A stretch of 64,000 bases of DNA from an uncultured Candidatus Binatia bacterium (GTDB lineage: Bacteria; Desulfobacterota; Binatia; UBA9968; CAXXLF01). Where the stretch lies: the NCBI GenBank assembly GCA_965218425.1, contig OZ244621.1, positions 1,952,001-2,016,000 of the forward strand, given 5' to 3'. A program made the translations under genes and the position numbers. The notes beneath the pieces were generated by a model. It was given only the letters and a program-made list of their open reading frames with translations, did not search any database and was not told the DNA's origin. This document shows positions 49,171 to 58,491 of this stretch, in pieces. Positions within the stretch are counted from its first letter, which is position 1. Each line of letters opens with the position of its first letter.

Positions 49171-49265
49171 CAAGAGGGGCAGGAACGACCCAATCACGGC
49201 AGTTTGACAATCAGCCAAAAGAAAAGCTACAGATAGGTATCGCTTCGAGTGCTGCGGAGGAACAA

Positions 49266-50402
49266 ATGCTCGTTAAAATGGCCAAAGGCGCCACCCCGGA
49301 ACAGATCACTGCAGTTGAGGAGAAACTGCACGGTTGGGGGTATAAAACCGGCAAGATGGCGGGCGAGGAGATCACCCTCATCGGGGCCTATGGGGACATA
49401 ACCCGCCTGCCGCAGGGTGAAATCCAGGAAATGGGTGGGGTCGAAAGCCTCATCCCCATCTCTAGGGCCTATAAACGAGCCTCTCAGAAAGGCTCTCCAG
49501 ACAGCCTTATACACAATACCGTAAACATTGGGAAAATTGAGGTTGGGGGCGACAAATTGACCGTTGTGGCAGGTCCCTGTTCTGTGGAAAGCGAGCCCCA
49601 GATCATGGAGGCCGCCAAATTTGTCAAAGAGTCCGGGGCCACGGCACTGCGCGGAGGAGTGGTTAAGTACCGCTCCAGTCCCTACAGCGGCTGGGAGGGT
49701 ATCGGCTCCAACTCGGAAGAGGCTCTGCGTAACGGGCTCAAACTCATTGTCAAAGCCGGTAAGGAATTTGACTTACCCACCGTGGTGGAGGTGCTCGATC
49801 CCAACGATGTCACCGTCTATGAAGACATGGGGATCGATTGTATCCAGGTGGGCGAGCCAAACTCAAAAAACCAAGCCCTGTTGAACCGTTTGCGCGATAC
49901 ACCACTGCCGGTCATCCATAAACGCGGCAACTCACTGGACATTGAAGCTTATCTGTTATGGGTGGAGCGCGTGATGGCCAATGGAAAAGAGAACGTCATC
50001 CTGTGCGAACGGGGCATCATGAGCGCCAACAAATATACCCGCAACACCTTGGACCTGGGCGCCATTGCCGCCCTGCACTATCAACTCTCGTGCCTGCCAG
50101 TTGGAGTGGACGCTTCTCATGGTACCGGGATCCGTGACCTCGTTCACAGTATGACTCTGGCCGGCATCATGGCCGGTGCCTCACTGGTCTTAATCGAGGC
50201 TCATCCCAACCCGCTCATCGCAAAATCGGACGGATTTCAAGGACTGTTTCCCGAGCAACTCATTCGGTTGGTGGCTGCCTGTTATCAGGTTTGGGACCTA
50301 CGCAAGCGCCTCGACTGTCTCTACATCCCAACCACAAACTTGGAACGCGACTACGACGCTCGGTCCACTACGGACAAGAAACGTTTCTTCGGCGCCTCTT
50401 AA
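49266..50402 (+). CDS. DAHP-synthase (type I-beta)-like aldolase with N-terminal regulatory domain and divergent active site
   Basis: AGPCSVES, LRGGVVKYRSSPY, HKRG, LCERG, RNTLDL, DASHG, IEAHPNP, SDG; RBS GGAGG before ATG 49266. Confidence 0.85.
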   Translation: MLVKMAKGATPEQITAVEEKLHGWGYKTGKMAGEEITLIGAYGDITRLPQGEIQEMGGVESLIPISRAYKRASQKGSPDSLIHNTVNIGKIEVGGDKLTVVAGPCSVESEPQIMEAAKFVKESGATALRGGVVKYRSSPYSGWEGIGSNSEEALRNGLKLIVKAGKEFDLPTVVEVLDPNDVTVYEDMGIDCIQVGEPNSKNQALLNRLRDTPLPVIHKRGNSLDIEAYLLWVERVMANGKENVILCERGIMSANKYTRNTLDLGAIAALHYQLSCLPVGVDASHGTGIRDLVHSMTLAGIMAGASLVLIEAHPNPLIAKSDGFQGLFPEQLIRLVAACYQVWDLRKRLDCLYIPTTNLERDYDARSTTDKKRFFGAS

Positions 50403-50520
50403 GAGTTGTGAGAGTCCTTTATTCCTCCCACGACCCAACAACCACTAAATCATGTCAGAAATAGAGACAGGCAAACACAAAGACAGCTAGAGCCCGAGTT
50501 CAGGCCAAGACGGATTGTCC

Positions 50521-51255
50521 ATGAAGGTCCACTTTTTAGGGTGTGGTGACGCCTTCGGTAGCGGAGGAAGAAATCACAGCGCTTATCTGGTGGAGGCCTC
50601 AGACCGTCTCTTTTTACTGGATTGCGGTCCCACTACCCTTCTATCCATGAAGAGGGCGGGATTTGATCCACAACGGCTTGACGCTATCATCCTGAGCCAT
50701 CTCCACGGGGACCACTTCGGCGGACTGCCTTTTTTTTTCCTGGAGTACCTCTACGGGACCCCACCCTCCAAGTCCTTGCCCATCATGGGTCCCGCCACCA
50801 CCGAGGAGCGCGTTCGCACATTGACCCATTGCATGTATCCGGGCATTTCAGAGCGCAATCAATCTCTTCCAACGCGGTTTCATATCCTCGAGCCGGGAAA
50901 ACAGGAATCCATCGAAGGCATCGACATCCTTCCCTTCCGTGTGCCGCACCAGGTCCAGGAGATTTCCCTGGGGCTCAAGATAGGTTATCAAGGAAAACAA
51001 ATTCTCTATTCAGGAGACTCGGCGTGGACGGATCAGTTCATCACCCATTCTAAGGGGGTAGACCTCTTTATCTGTGAGTGTTCTTTTTTTGCACGGGATT
51101 CCGAAGCTCATCTGAGCTACAGGAAGATTCAAGAGAATCTCCCTCAGCTAAAGTGTAAAAACCTGGTGCTCACCCACATGGACGAAGAAACGTTAAGTCA
51201 GAGACTAGACTTGTCCGTGAAGTCAGCCGAAGACGGGATGGTGGTTGAAATTTAA
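50521..51255 (+). CDS. MBL-fold metallo-hydrolase (RNase Z/AtsA-like)
   Basis: FLGCGDAFGSGGR, LDCG, SHLHGDH, YSGDS, LTHM. Confidence 0.9.
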   Translation: MKVHFLGCGDAFGSGGRNHSAYLVEASDRLFLLDCGPTTLLSMKRAGFDPQRLDAIILSHLHGDHFGGLPFFFLEYLYGTPPSKSLPIMGPATTEERVRTLTHCMYPGISERNQSLPTRFHILEPGKQESIEGIDILPFRVPHQVQEISLGLKIGYQGKQILYSGDSAWTDQFITHSKGVDLFICECSFFARDSEAHLSYRKIQENLPQLKCKNLVLTHMDEETLSQRLDLSVKSAEDGMVVEI

Positions 51256-51288
51256 TGCGAATCCTAGCATAAATCGGAGGGACGCCCC

Positions 51289-52176
51289 ATGGAAGTGATC
51301 AAAGGCCAGTTCAAAGAAACCAAAGGCATTCCACCCAGTGGTCTGTGCGTGGGGGTTCATCGTGCCGGGGCCATCCATATGAAAATGGTCGAGAAATATG
51401 GAGACGGACTATCAGTCTGGTCGCTCAGACCCGACCTGGATTTCGTGGCCTTCAAAAAGGAAGGCCTTGGGGAAAAAGGCATCCGCGCTACGAACGATAT
51501 GGAATCCATCACGGATGAAAAGCTCATCTATGGAGTCCGGGGGGCCCCACCGGAAATCCGGCAGAAGGCCCGGGATCAGGGGCTTGAGCTGCTGGCGGAC
51601 GCCACCTGCCCTTTCGTGCTTGAGCAGGAAAAAGCCGAGGTGGAGATGCTGCAGCAGGGGTTCAACCTGGTGGTATTGAGCAGCGCTACCCATCACGGTA
51701 TCCCACGCTTGTTGGGTATCGCAAAGGAAGCGGGACGCGAGGTTTTTATCGTGGAGAAAGAAGAGGACGTGGACAAGATACGCCTTACCCGCTTCGAGCC
51801 CGTCGGGGTCATCGTTCAAACCACTTTCTGGATGGAATCTTACAAAAAGATCATGGCTCTAATCCTGGAGCGGTTCTCCAATGTTCGCGTCCGAAACACC
51901 GCGTGCATCGATTCTTTCCAGCGGCTCCCCGAGGTGGAAAAACTGGCCAAACAGGTGGAGGCGGTCGTCATCGTGGGATGGACCGAGGGGATGACCACAC
52001 GCATGTTAGAGGTGGCTAAAGCTTCCAACCCGTGCGTCTACAAGCTTGAAAAGGTGGAAGAGCTTGAAACCATCTGGTTTCGGGGCAAGGAAAAAGTCGG
52101 TGTCATCGGGGCCAACGAAACCCCCGACTGGATGGTGGATGAGGTCATCGAGCGGATCAAATCCATGGCGGCATAG
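51289..52176 (+). CDS. IspH/LytB-like iron-sulfur protein (divergent)
   Basis: GLCVGV.RA, DATCPFV, VQTT, NTAC, KVGVIGA.ETPDW...EV. The three cluster Cys are kept; the substrate-binding motifs are altered. Confidence 0.8.
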   Translation: MEVIKGQFKETKGIPPSGLCVGVHRAGAIHMKMVEKYGDGLSVWSLRPDLDFVAFKKEGLGEKGIRATNDMESITDEKLIYGVRGAPPEIRQKARDQGLELLADATCPFVLEQEKAEVEMLQQGFNLVVLSSATHHGIPRLLGIAKEAGREVFIVEKEEDVDKIRLTRFEPVGVIVQTTFWMESYKKIMALILERFSNVRVRNTACIDSFQRLPEVEKLAKQVEAVVIVGWTEGMTTRMLEVAKASNPCVYKLEKVEELETIWFRGKEKVGVIGANETPDWMVDEVIERIKSMAA

Positions 52177-52188
52177 GCAACACGTCAG

Positions 52189-52476
52189 ATGCCAAAGATT
52201 ACCTTCATGCCTTCCGGACAGAGCTTTGACGTGGATGAAGGCACCACAATATTAGCGGCGGCCATCCATAATGGCCTCCACCTCCCCCATGATTGCACCG
52301 AGGCCATCTGCGGAACCGATCGGGTGAAGGTCTTGTCCGGTCACAAAAACCTGAGCGAGAGGGGCGACAACGAGGAATTGACCTTGAGCATGTTAAATTC
52401 CGGCGCTGATGATCGTCTGGGCTGCGTCGCGCAGGTCCTTGGGGAAGTGGTGGTAGAAATCCCTTCTCCGTCTTAG
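52189..52476 (+). CDS. 2Fe-2S ferredoxin-like protein with the third Cys replaced by Asp
   Basis: MPKITF.PSG, TILAAA, HDCTEAICGTDRV, RLGC. Confidence 0.85.
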   Translation: MPKITFMPSGQSFDVDEGTTILAAAIHNGLHLPHDCTEAICGTDRVKVLSGHKNLSERGDNEELTLSMLNSGADDRLGCVAQVLGEVVVEIPSPS

Positions 52477-52572
52477 CTCCCTCCTTTCGGTGCTCCCTAA
52501 GAAAAAGATTTTTCTGAAAAAACTCGACTGATCTGTTGTCGAACTGCGCCATGCAACCCTTTGCAGAACTGA

Positions 52573-53390
52573 TCAACCGGAATTTTCCATAAAGCTTATG
52601 ATCTCTCTCGCTGCGTTGACCGCACCGTCGATTGGGTCCTGTAGCCGTTTGAGCCGCTGCATATTTTCCCGATAACTCTTGTCAGTCGTGATGAGCTCAA
52701 TTGCAGCGGCAAGTCTGCGACTGCTCAAGGTCTTCGGGTGCAATGCCTAGTATCTCCGGAGCATCCATTACGAGTGTCAGGTCACCGGCCATCAGGTCGA
52801 GGGCGCTCTTGAACTCCGATGGTTTTAGCTCTGAGGCAAGCTGATTAAACGGCCTGATCCACAGCCGTAGCCGAGGCATGATCCAGTTGACAAACCAGTT
52901 CATAGGCAGGTAGTGAAGCCAACCGAATTAAGGCGGGTACAAATACGCCATCTTTCGATCGAAGAAGGGGGCGGTGAATGGGGTCAGGCCGCTGCGCCAC
53001 AATGGGGATACCAACAAGCCGGACTGACAAATAAGACGGGAGATTCCATCCAATGATCACTACATCGGCTTTCGCATCACGGAGCATTCCCGCTTCACAT
53101 GGGACATACTCCTTTAGCTCTTCGTAGGTGAGGAAACTATCGCGGAACGGGTTGCCGACCTCTCCCCCGTTGAATGCCATGTACTGCTTGGCCCGTTCCC
53201 GTGACATCATGGGTGGGACAGGGAGCACCTCGAAACCTGCGTCTTGAGCTACCCACTCGTATGAACCGCCATGGCTGAAAAACGGAATGTCGTGTCCCAT
53301 CTCACGGAGGGCTTTGCCAGGTTCTACAAGGCGTGACACCTCTGAAAGGTAATAGAAATGAGAAAGCAGACGATGTTCATGGGTGATATA
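52573..53390 (-). pseudogene. Decayed GT-B glycosyltransferase (UGT/MGT-like)
   Basis: N-terminal LSEVSRLVE.GKALREMGHD..FFSHGG.Y; frameshift near 52990. The C-terminal piece YRENMQRLKRLQDPIDGAVNAAREI is in another frame, and the sugar-binding domain is deleted. Confidence 0.65.
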
Positions 53391-53613
53391 GACGACCGGA
53401 CTGAAACCAGTGCTTATAACTACTACGTTTCTGATTGGAGACGCAATTTAAGCTATGACAGGCCGTATCTTGAGGAATCCGTCGACCACAAAAGCAAACC
53501 CGGGGATGAGCTGGCTCAAATTTTAACACTCGCTCCTTGACGGCCAGGTTATCCCCTTTACCTCTCTTTCGCTGGGTTCGTCCGAGTCTTCTAAGAAGAG
53601 TGAGCCCGCTGCA

Positions 53614-53643
53614 TTGACAAGAACAAGAAGAGGGTCGTAAGGT
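53614..53643 (+). promoter_or_regulatory. Possible sigma70 promoter of the hydantoinase-like operon
   Basis: TTGACA-N18-TAAGGT upstream of RBS GGAGG. Confidence 0.4.
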
Positions 53644-53676
53644 ACGGAAACTGAAGCCAGAACGTTCGGGAGGCAT

Positions 53677-55785
53677 GTGCCAACGAGCTACATCATTGGG
53701 GTTGATATCGGCGGGACATTCACCGACTGCGTCGTGGTGGACGGCGAGGGGGCGATCACTCTCGGAAAGGCCCCTTCAACGCCCCACGACTTCTCCCATG
53801 GAGTCATCGATGCCCTACTGGACGCGGCGCGCAACCTGGACCTACGTAATGAGGAGGAGTTGCTTCGCTCCACGCGACTCTTCTTCCATGCCTGCACCGT
53901 AGGAGAAAACACTTTGATCACGCGGGCGGGTGCGAGAACCGCCCTGATCACCACGCGGGGATTTGCGGATGCCGCGCTCATGATGCGAGGCTCCACCACC
54001 ACCGGGTTGACGGAGCACGAGGCATTTCACGAATCCGAACTGCGCAAACCGGACCCTCTGGTGCCTCGGAGCCTTATCGCCGAGATCACTGAGCGGGTGG
54101 ACTACAAGGGTGCGGTCTTGGCCCCATTGAATGCTGAGGAGGCACGACAGGTGGCGAAAAGTCTTGCCTCTAAAGGCGTGGAATCAGTGGCCATCTGTCT
54201 CCTGTGGTCCATCGCAAACAATGCTCACGAGCACGCCATCGAAAAAATATTGAAGCAGGAATACCCAAGCATTTTTGTCAGCTGCTCGAGCGAGGCTGCT
54301 CCCTTCCTAGGAGAGTACGAGCGAGGTATCACTACCATCTTCAATGCGTATATGGGCCCCAAGGTCGCGGCTTACCTCAGATCGCTTCAGACCGGCCTGA
54401 AGGCGCTGGGTCTCGCTAAGGAACCTCTCATTATGCAGTCTTACGGCGGCGTTTTGGGCATCGACGCCACCTGCAAAAGTGCCGTATCCACCATTGAGTC
54501 TGGTCCCGCATCCGGGGTAGTGGGCACACACTTTCTTGGAAAGCTTATCGGCGAAGAGAACGTTTTGGCCACGGACATGGGCGGGACCACTTTTAAGGTT
54601 AGCGTTATCCGTAACGGGGCTTTGGAACGGGACTACGCTCCCGTGTTCATGCGCTACCGGCTGCTGAGCCCCAAGATCTGGGTAGAGTCCATCGGGGCAG
54701 GCGGCGGGAGTATTGCGTGGATCGATCCCGAGACGACGCTCCTTAAGGTGGGTCCTCAGGGTGCCGGCGCACGTCCCGGTCCCGTCTGCTACGCCGTAGG
54801 CGGTACGGAGCCCACAGTTTCCGACGCCGACCTTATCCTTGGATACCTGAATCCGGACTACTTCCTTGGCGGGCGAATGAAACTGGACAGGGAGAATGCG
54901 GTCAAGGCGATCCAAGACAAGATCGCTACCCCCATGGGCATGAGTGTTGTGGAAGCCGCGGCCGGTATCTATCGCATCGCGAACTCGCACATGACTGACT
55001 TGATCCGCAAGGCAACAGTGGAGCGCGGCTACGACCCCCGTATTTTCACCCTGTTCGCCTACGGTGGAGCTGCCCCGGTCCACGCCGCAAGGTACTCCTC
55101 GGAACTGGGAGTGCGGCAGGTGGTGATCCCGCCCACCGCCTCGGTTCATGGGGCCACCGGACTTATTGCATCCGACGTGGTTTACGAGTACGGAATGTCC
55201 GATCACCTTGTGATCCCTGCTTCAGTGGACCATATCAATAGCAACTTTAACAGTCTGATGGAGAACGCGTTTGGCGATCTCCACTCCGCCGGCTTCAGCG
55301 ATGAGGGCATCGAGATTGTCCGTAGCATGGACGTGCGCTATCGCTACCAGGTCCACGAGCTAAACGTCCCCCTGTCCTCGGGAACGAAGGAGTTGGTGGC
55401 AAAAGACCTGGAGAGGTTGTATGAGGATTTCGACATCTCCTATGAACAGTCCTATGGACAGGGATCGGGGTACCGCGAGGCAGGAAAGGAGGTCATCACC
55501 TTTCGCGTAACTGGCATCGGGAAGCTCCCCAAGCGGCATATCAAGCGCTTGACCCGAGGAGAAAATATGAAAACCCGGGCCATGAAGGCTACAAGAGAGG
55601 TTTACTTCGAGGCTGCTGGCGGATTTGTGGAAACCGCGATCTATGACTTCACAAAAATTGGACCCGACGTCGAAGTAGAGGGTCCCTCGGTTATCGAGAG
55701 CCCCGTGACCACCATCGTAGTCAACCCGAAGGACGGAGCCGTCATGGACGAGTTCCGCAATATCCGCATTCGCATTGGAAGCTAG
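53677..55785 (+). CDS. Hydantoinase A/oxoprolinase family ATP-binding subunit
   Basis: GVDIGGTFTD, LITTRGF.D, EYER, SGPASG, DMGGTT, IGAGGGSIA, GARPGPVCY, PTVSDA, GYDPR.F. Confidence 0.93.
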   Translation: MPTSYIIGVDIGGTFTDCVVVDGEGAITLGKAPSTPHDFSHGVIDALLDAARNLDLRNEEELLRSTRLFFHACTVGENTLITRAGARTALITTRGFADAALMMRGSTTTGLTEHEAFHESELRKPDPLVPRSLIAEITERVDYKGAVLAPLNAEEARQVAKSLASKGVESVAICLLWSIANNAHEHAIEKILKQEYPSIFVSCSSEAAPFLGEYERGITTIFNAYMGPKVAAYLRSLQTGLKALGLAKEPLIMQSYGGVLGIDATCKSAVSTIESGPASGVVGTHFLGKLIGEENVLATDMGGTTFKVSVIRNGALERDYAPVFMRYRLLSPKIWVESIGAGGGSIAWIDPETTLLKVGPQGAGARPGPVCYAVGGTEPTVSDADLILGYLNPDYFLGGRMKLDRENAVKAIQDKIATPMGMSVVEAAAGIYRIANSHMTDLIRKATVERGYDPRIFTLFAYGGAAPVHAARYSSELGVRQVVIPPTASVHGATGLIASDVVYEYGMSDHLVIPASVDHINSNFNSLMENAFGDLHSAGFSDEGIEIVRSMDVRYRYQVHELNVPLSSGTKELVAKDLERLYEDFDISYEQSYGQGSGYREAGKEVITFRVTGIGKLPKRHIKRLTRGENMKTRAMKATREVYFEAAGGFVETAIYDFTKIGPDVEVEGPSVIESPVTTIVVNPKDGAVMDEFRNIRIRIGS

Positions 55786-55832
55786 CCGTGGCCAGGCTGG
55801 ACATGGGGAGATCCTGTATATGAAAGGAAACT

Positions 55833-57677
55833 ATGACAACGGTCACCACGGAAAACATTGACCCGGTAACCTTTGAGATCCTCTCTCACCGGCTCCACCA
55901 GATCGCCAAGGAGATGGGCACCACACTGGAGCGGGTGGGTGGAACGGTCAATACCACACAGCAGCACGATTATATGGCCTCGCTATACCGTCCCAACGGC
56001 GACATCCTGGCCACGGGCGAGTCGATGCCATGGCACGTGGCCTGCGGCGGTTTTACCGTGAAGCGGATCTTAGAGCGTTTCGAGAACGAGGAGGGAATCT
56101 ACCCGGACGATGTCTTTCTCCTCAACGATCCTTACCTTTCAGCTATCCATCAGTCGGACTTGTACATGGTGGCGCCGCATCACCATGAAGGAAAGTTGAC
56201 CAGCTGGAGTGCATCATTCGTCCACGTGATGGATATCGGCGCCATGTCACCCGGGGGCAACTCCCCGGGAGCAACGGAGATCTGCCAGGAGGGGGTGAGG
56301 ATTCCCGGCCTCAAGCTGGTGGAGCAGGGCCGGTTCCGCCGTGACGTCTTCGAGATGATTACATGCATGACCCGCCAGCCCATGATGGTAGGCCTGGACC
56401 TAAAGTCCGAGCTGGCCGGCAACAATGTCGCCAAGCAACGGATGCAGGAGATGGTAGGCCAATACGGCTGGGAGCTTATAGACACGGTTTCTCAGGAGAT
56501 GATCCGTTATTCGGAGGCCGCCCTGCGCCGTCGCATCACCGAACTTCCGCAGGGCGAGTGGAGAGCGGAGACGACTATTCAAACGGGTTCGAAGCTCGTT
56601 TCTCGGATCATGGTTACCCTGAAAAAACGCGGCGACGCCTTGATCTTCGATTTTACCGGGACGGACGAGCAGGCGAAGGTAGGCATCAATCTTCCATTCC
56701 ACGCCACCTTCGGCTCCTGTTACGATGCCGTCATCATGACCATGGCATACGACCTCCCAAAGAATCACGGCCTGTTCCGCCCCATCGAACTCGTGGCTCT
56801 GCCGGGAACCCTAGTTAACGTTCAGCACCCCGCCCCGGTATCTCTGAACACTACGTCCGGCGGCGCCGCTGCGAAGTTCGTCGCCCGTGCGGCCATGATC
56901 CAGATGCTGGCCACAGACAAGAGCTGGCGAAAGGAGGTCATGGGGTTGAACTCTGGCTCCCGTCTCGTGAGGACGGCTGGACTCAACCAGCGGGGCGTTC
57001 CCTATGTCTCCGGCTTAGCACAGGGAGCCATCAGCGGTGACGGCGCCCGTGCAACGCGCGACGGCAACGATACCGGTAGCGGCGGTTACATGAGCTGTCC
57101 CAACGTAGAGTGGGCCGAGCGCAACTTCCCGCTCCTCTTCCTGTTTCGCCGCCATATCAAGGATGGCGGCGGCGCGGGCAAATTCCGCGGCGGCGCAGGT
57201 GCCGAGATGGCCATAACGGCACATGATTCCCCGGAGGGAAAGATCCGCGCCGTGGCCTACGGAGTGGCCGGCTTTGGCAACACGGGCCGAGGGGTCGGCG
57301 GCGGCTACCCCGGTGCACCCAGCCTGCTCATCCATTTCGAAGGAACCGATCTAGAAGAACAACTAGCCGCCGGTAAGTATCCGCACAACGTCACGGAACT
57401 GGGCGGCACCTCCAGGCTTCTGCCCTACTGCGACTTCGAAATCAAGAGAAACGATGTGCTCTTTTATCGTCTGGGGAACGGCGGCGGGTACGGAGATCCT
57501 CTGGAGCGAGAGCCGGAAGCGGTGCTGAACGACGTCCTGAGCGAGGTTGTCTCTCAAGAGAGCGCCCGCGACCTTTACGGAGTAGTGCTGAAAGATGACG
57601 CTGTGCAAGTGGACCACAAAGCGACCCGGCAGCTCCGTGCTCGCTTGAAGGCCAAGCGACAGGGGGAACCGGAGTGA
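55833..57677 (+). CDS. Hydantoinase B/oxoprolinase family subunit
   Basis: LNDPY...HQSD, HVMDIG, GGAGKFRGG, GGGYGDPLER; close paralog of 103-2262. Confidence 0.93.
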   Translation: MTTVTTENIDPVTFEILSHRLHQIAKEMGTTLERVGGTVNTTQQHDYMASLYRPNGDILATGESMPWHVACGGFTVKRILERFENEEGIYPDDVFLLNDPYLSAIHQSDLYMVAPHHHEGKLTSWSASFVHVMDIGAMSPGGNSPGATEICQEGVRIPGLKLVEQGRFRRDVFEMITCMTRQPMMVGLDLKSELAGNNVAKQRMQEMVGQYGWELIDTVSQEMIRYSEAALRRRITELPQGEWRAETTIQTGSKLVSRIMVTLKKRGDALIFDFTGTDEQAKVGINLPFHATFGSCYDAVIMTMAYDLPKNHGLFRPIELVALPGTLVNVQHPAPVSLNTTSGGAAAKFVARAAMIQMLATDKSWRKEVMGLNSGSRLVRTAGLNQRGVPYVSGLAQGAISGDGARATRDGNDTGSGGYMSCPNVEWAERNFPLLFLFRRHIKDGGGAGKFRGGAGAEMAITAHDSPEGKIRAVAYGVAGFGNTGRGVGGGYPGAPSLLIHFEGTDLEEQLAAGKYPHNVTELGGTSRLLPYCDFEIKRNDVLFYRLGNGGGYGDPLEREPEAVLNDVLSEVVSQESARDLYGVVLKDDAVQVDHKATRQLRARLKAKRQGEPE

Positions 57678-57937
57678 CCAGGTTCATCAATGAGCATTTG
57701 GAAGTTTACACGGACGACCGTGGAGAGTGGTACCGTTGTGTCCACTGCGAGCACCTACTCTGCCCTGCCAGCGAGGACTGGAGGAAAGGATGCCTCGTGC
57801 GGCAGGTGCCGCCCAAGCAGGAGCCCATCGTGAGCGATCTTTTAGGCCCCTACTGGTACCGGCAGCACTGCTGCTCCTCCTGCGGCTCATTGCTGGAAAC
57901 GAACCTCATCACCCAGGAAGGCGAGGTGGTACGATGA
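57674..57937 (+). CDS. Acetone carboxylase gamma subunit-like zinc-ribbon protein
   Basis: INEHL, CVHCEHLLC....DW..GC, CSSCGSLLET; overlapping stop/start codons with both neighbours. Confidence 0.8.
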   Translation: MTRFINEHLEVYTDDRGEWYRCVHCEHLLCPASEDWRKGCLVRQVPPKQEPIVSDLLGPYWYRQHCCSSCGSLLETNLITQEGEVVR

Positions 57938-58491
57938 TAAAGCATGGCACGCCTAATGTCCCTAAGCCCACGGCCGTAACCTTGGACCGGACAGCTACCG
58001 CGGTGGTTGTGTTAGATCTGAGCACTCGCTGTGATGACCCAAACGCACCTTGCGCGGAACTGCTGCCGGTAGTGGGAGCGTTTCTGGAGCGAGCGCGCGC
58101 CAGCCAGGTGTCCATCGTGTTCAGTGTGTCGCTGCGGGACCGGGGCACGGAACTGGGGGTTGTGGCCTCTGCTCTGAAGCGCCGCGAATCTGAACCCATA
58201 GTCTTTCCCGACTCATTCGACAAGTTCTTCGGCGGTGAGCTCCATGACGTTCTACAACGGATGGGGGCAAAGAACCTAGTGATTGTCGGTGCCGCCACCA
58301 ATGTGGCTGTGATGTATACCACCACGACGGCAGTACGAGTGCACAAGTACAATGCGGTCATCCCCACGGACGGCGTTACCGCGGCATCTGACTACGAACA
58401 CCAATACGCTCTGCACCAGCTCCACGCTCTCCCCGCCGGCTCCATCACGCCGGTCGGCTTCTCCACCCTACCCTCCATCATCTTCCAGTAG
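57934..58491 (+). CDS. Isochorismatase-family protein
   Basis: VVVLDL, FDKF.G.EL...L, LVIVGAATNVAV.YT, IPTDG; ATG 57934 overlaps the preceding stop. Confidence 0.8.
   Translation: MIKHGTPNVPKPTAVTLDRTATAVVVLDLSTRCDDPNAPCAELLPVVGAFLERARASQVSIVFSVSLRDRGTELGVVASALKRRESEPIVFPDSFDKFFGGELHDVLQRMGAKNLVIVGAATNVAVMYTTTTAVRVHKYNAVIPTDGVTAASDYEHQYALHQLHALPAGSITPVGFSTLPSIIFQ

Noticed and set aside
49146..49265. N-terminal extension of the DAHPS-like ORF in the track
   Set aside because: It overlaps the upstream gene; ATG 49266 has a GGAGG RBS and matches the expected domain start.
54307..55206. 299-aa - strand ORF and many similar antisense ORFs in the track
   Set aside because: Entirely antisense to well-supported genes; typical shadow frames.
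57727..57933. N-terminal extension of the isochorismatase ORF
   Set aside because: It overlaps the gamma-subunit gene; ATG 57934 is coupled to that gene's stop.
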